Part shown: positions 62,191 through 64,000 of the stretch, one piece after another
How positions within the stretch are numbered: position 1 is the stretch's first letter
Layout of the letters: each line of letters begins with the position of its first letter
From: Anthoceros angustus
Lineage: Eukaryota; Plantae; Anthocerotophyta
Assembly: GCA_010909165.1 (NCBI GenBank)
Contig: MU008169.1
Span: forward strand, 558,001 to 622,000
Reading direction: 5' to 3'
DNA length: 64,000 nucleotides
Notes under the pieces: generated by a model
What the model was told of the DNA's origin: nothing
The model's database searches: none
The model's input: the letters and a program-made list of their open reading frames with translations, nothing else
Program-made: the position numbers and the translations under genes

Positions 62191-64000
62191 TCATGCCCCT
62201 TTCCTCACTTTTTTACCGATTCTGTGGCACGAAATGCTAACAGTTAAGATGCATACACGGCAAACTTGGCAGAAGTACAGACACTTGCAGAGAAAATGCA
62301 TAGATGCATATGAAATGACCAACTTGCAACATTTGAGTACCTGAAGCAATGAATGCCGAGGGCAGAAGTGATATCATGAATAACACTTGAAGCAAAGTGC
62401 AAGTACAACGCACCTGCACACAGAGACAAGACCAATTGTCTAGTTTCGGTTACGCTGATTCAGAGGCATTGAAATTTGGTACGTAGCATTGTGACAGACT
62501 TACTTGTGTAAGAGGTGAAGGCCACCAACAGCCAGAACTCCTTTACAGGTTCCCTGCCAACATATTAATCACCCAGAAGTTAGCAAAGGCCTAGCATCAG
62601 AGTGTAACGTTTGCTTTGAACCCACATGTACCAAAAGTGATTCATACCTGCCCTGAAGTCTTGCCGACAGAGCATTGGCAACGCAGAAAGGCAAAACCAG
62701 CAATGACTGTAAAATGGAGAACCATCGTCATTAGGGCTAGTCCAGTGGAACTGCAGCAGAGAGAGATTCACCAAGTCATACCATATACATCCCTGTCTTC
62801 AGGCCCTTGGGCTCGTCACACAAGTGAGCCAAAATGATCCTTCCCTGCGTACATGGTCCACCTCATCGACTGAAGCACTTGCACACCACTGACTTGCTGT
62901 AAAGTGGAATGACACACTCCACGCTTTTACCAGAAAACGTCTATCAGCAACTAACTCTCCACAGTCACTTACCACAAGGTAGCCAAACGCTAACCCTGTT
63001 CCCAGCAAAACCAAATGAGGATGATTTCCCAGAATATCAGATGGAGATAACCAGCCCCTAGAATAAATTGCAGAAGATTGAGACATCAGAGAAATTGAAG
63101 AGGAACTGCATATTGTAGGTAGCATGACACATCTAATGGCACCAAAATGTTTAGCACAGCGCCTAACCAGATAGAAACTCCTCCCACCAGCAATATGAAG
63201 GGCACAAGCTGAAAAGGAAAACGAAAAAGTAGCTCATTAATGCCTGAGCTACATGAAAAAGAAACAAAAAAAAGAAAAGAAGGATCAGATCATTTGTTGG
63301 ACAAAGAAACCATAAGGAACTACATCACAGTGAACCACATGCTCACCATTGCAAAGGCAGGTACAATATTTCCCCTCTTTGAAGAAAGCACTTCCCGAAC
63401 ATTTGACACACTGCAGGAAAGCAGACACTCGAGTTCTTACAATACACTAAAGCGTTTTTCTCTACCAAAGATATTTCTTTGTTCCAGTGCTTGCAAATCT
63501 GCACATTTTGTTACAATCGAACTATAGTGTGCTTACCTGTACAGCACAGTGGGAGCAACAGCAAAAAGCATCATGCCAGCAATAACAACACGATTCAGCG
63601 GAACATCTGCCAAGGAGGAGGACACATTAGAATACAGCAGGTCCCAAGGACAAAAATTCATGGTTAGACATGAAATTCCTGGCAAGATGCCACACATCAG
63701 GAGCCATTGGGCACTGCCACCAACAGCCTCCCCTGGCCTGAGACCTCACTCAAAGCCTGATGCGAAATATGTGCGGACATACTGCATAAGTCATACAGAG
63801 CTGACATCATAATAGCATAGCACCTGGAAGAAATGGAGACCCAGTTGCTTGATGAACACTCTGCTTCCACCACTCAGGACCTGTAAAATTTGTTAGGCGG
63901 CTGGGATGCTCAAGTGGATCACTCAAAACCAAGCATCTGCTTAGAACACAGGGAGGAGAATAGTTGCATGCTTGTGAGACACGTACCGACAATAGCTGTA
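62191..64000 (-). CDS. AAPT1: Choline/ethanolamine (aminoalcohol) phosphotransferase, 3' exons; the 5' part lies beyond the window
   Basis: GT-AG exons: TAIV|GPEWWKQ..|DVPLNRVV..|VSNVREV..AFAM|LVPFILLVGGVSIW|GWLSPSDILGNHPHLVLLGTGLAFGYLV|GRIILAHLCDEPKGLKTGMYM|SLLVLPFCVANALSARL..|..|ALYLHFASSVIHDITSALGIHCF|RIGKKVRKGA*. Confidence 0.93.

Overview
Eukaryotic nuclear DNA from a seed-free land plant, most consistent with a hornwort (fern or lycophyte not excluded). The basis is PLS-PPR genes with DYW:KP domains ending GRP/GQP and short spliceosomal introns. Many homopolymer indels and locally repeated ('stuttered') segments suggest a noisy long-read consensus, so frameshift-based pseudogene calls are provisional. 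Host genes: two PPR-E-DYW:KP genes plus a deleted remnant, two intronless POB1/LRB-type BTB-BACK genes, three tandem F-box genes plus a 3' remnant, a broken secretory-type polyphenol oxidase, a duplicated 212-aa orphan ORF, and the 3' part of an AAPT gene. The centre of the window (14775-37372) is one CACTA element with a TCG TSD. It holds two nested elements: a pogo/DDE_1 element (TA TSD) and a ~11.9-kb Sola-like element (CTTT TSD). The Sola-like element carries, divergent from its transposase, a gene with the motif order of a bacterial-type beta-class N4C/N6A DNA methyltransferase; this is the most striking candidate system here. Second, both long PPR-DYW:KP proteins carry an N-terminal motif matching the OSB-family PDF ssDNA-binding motif.
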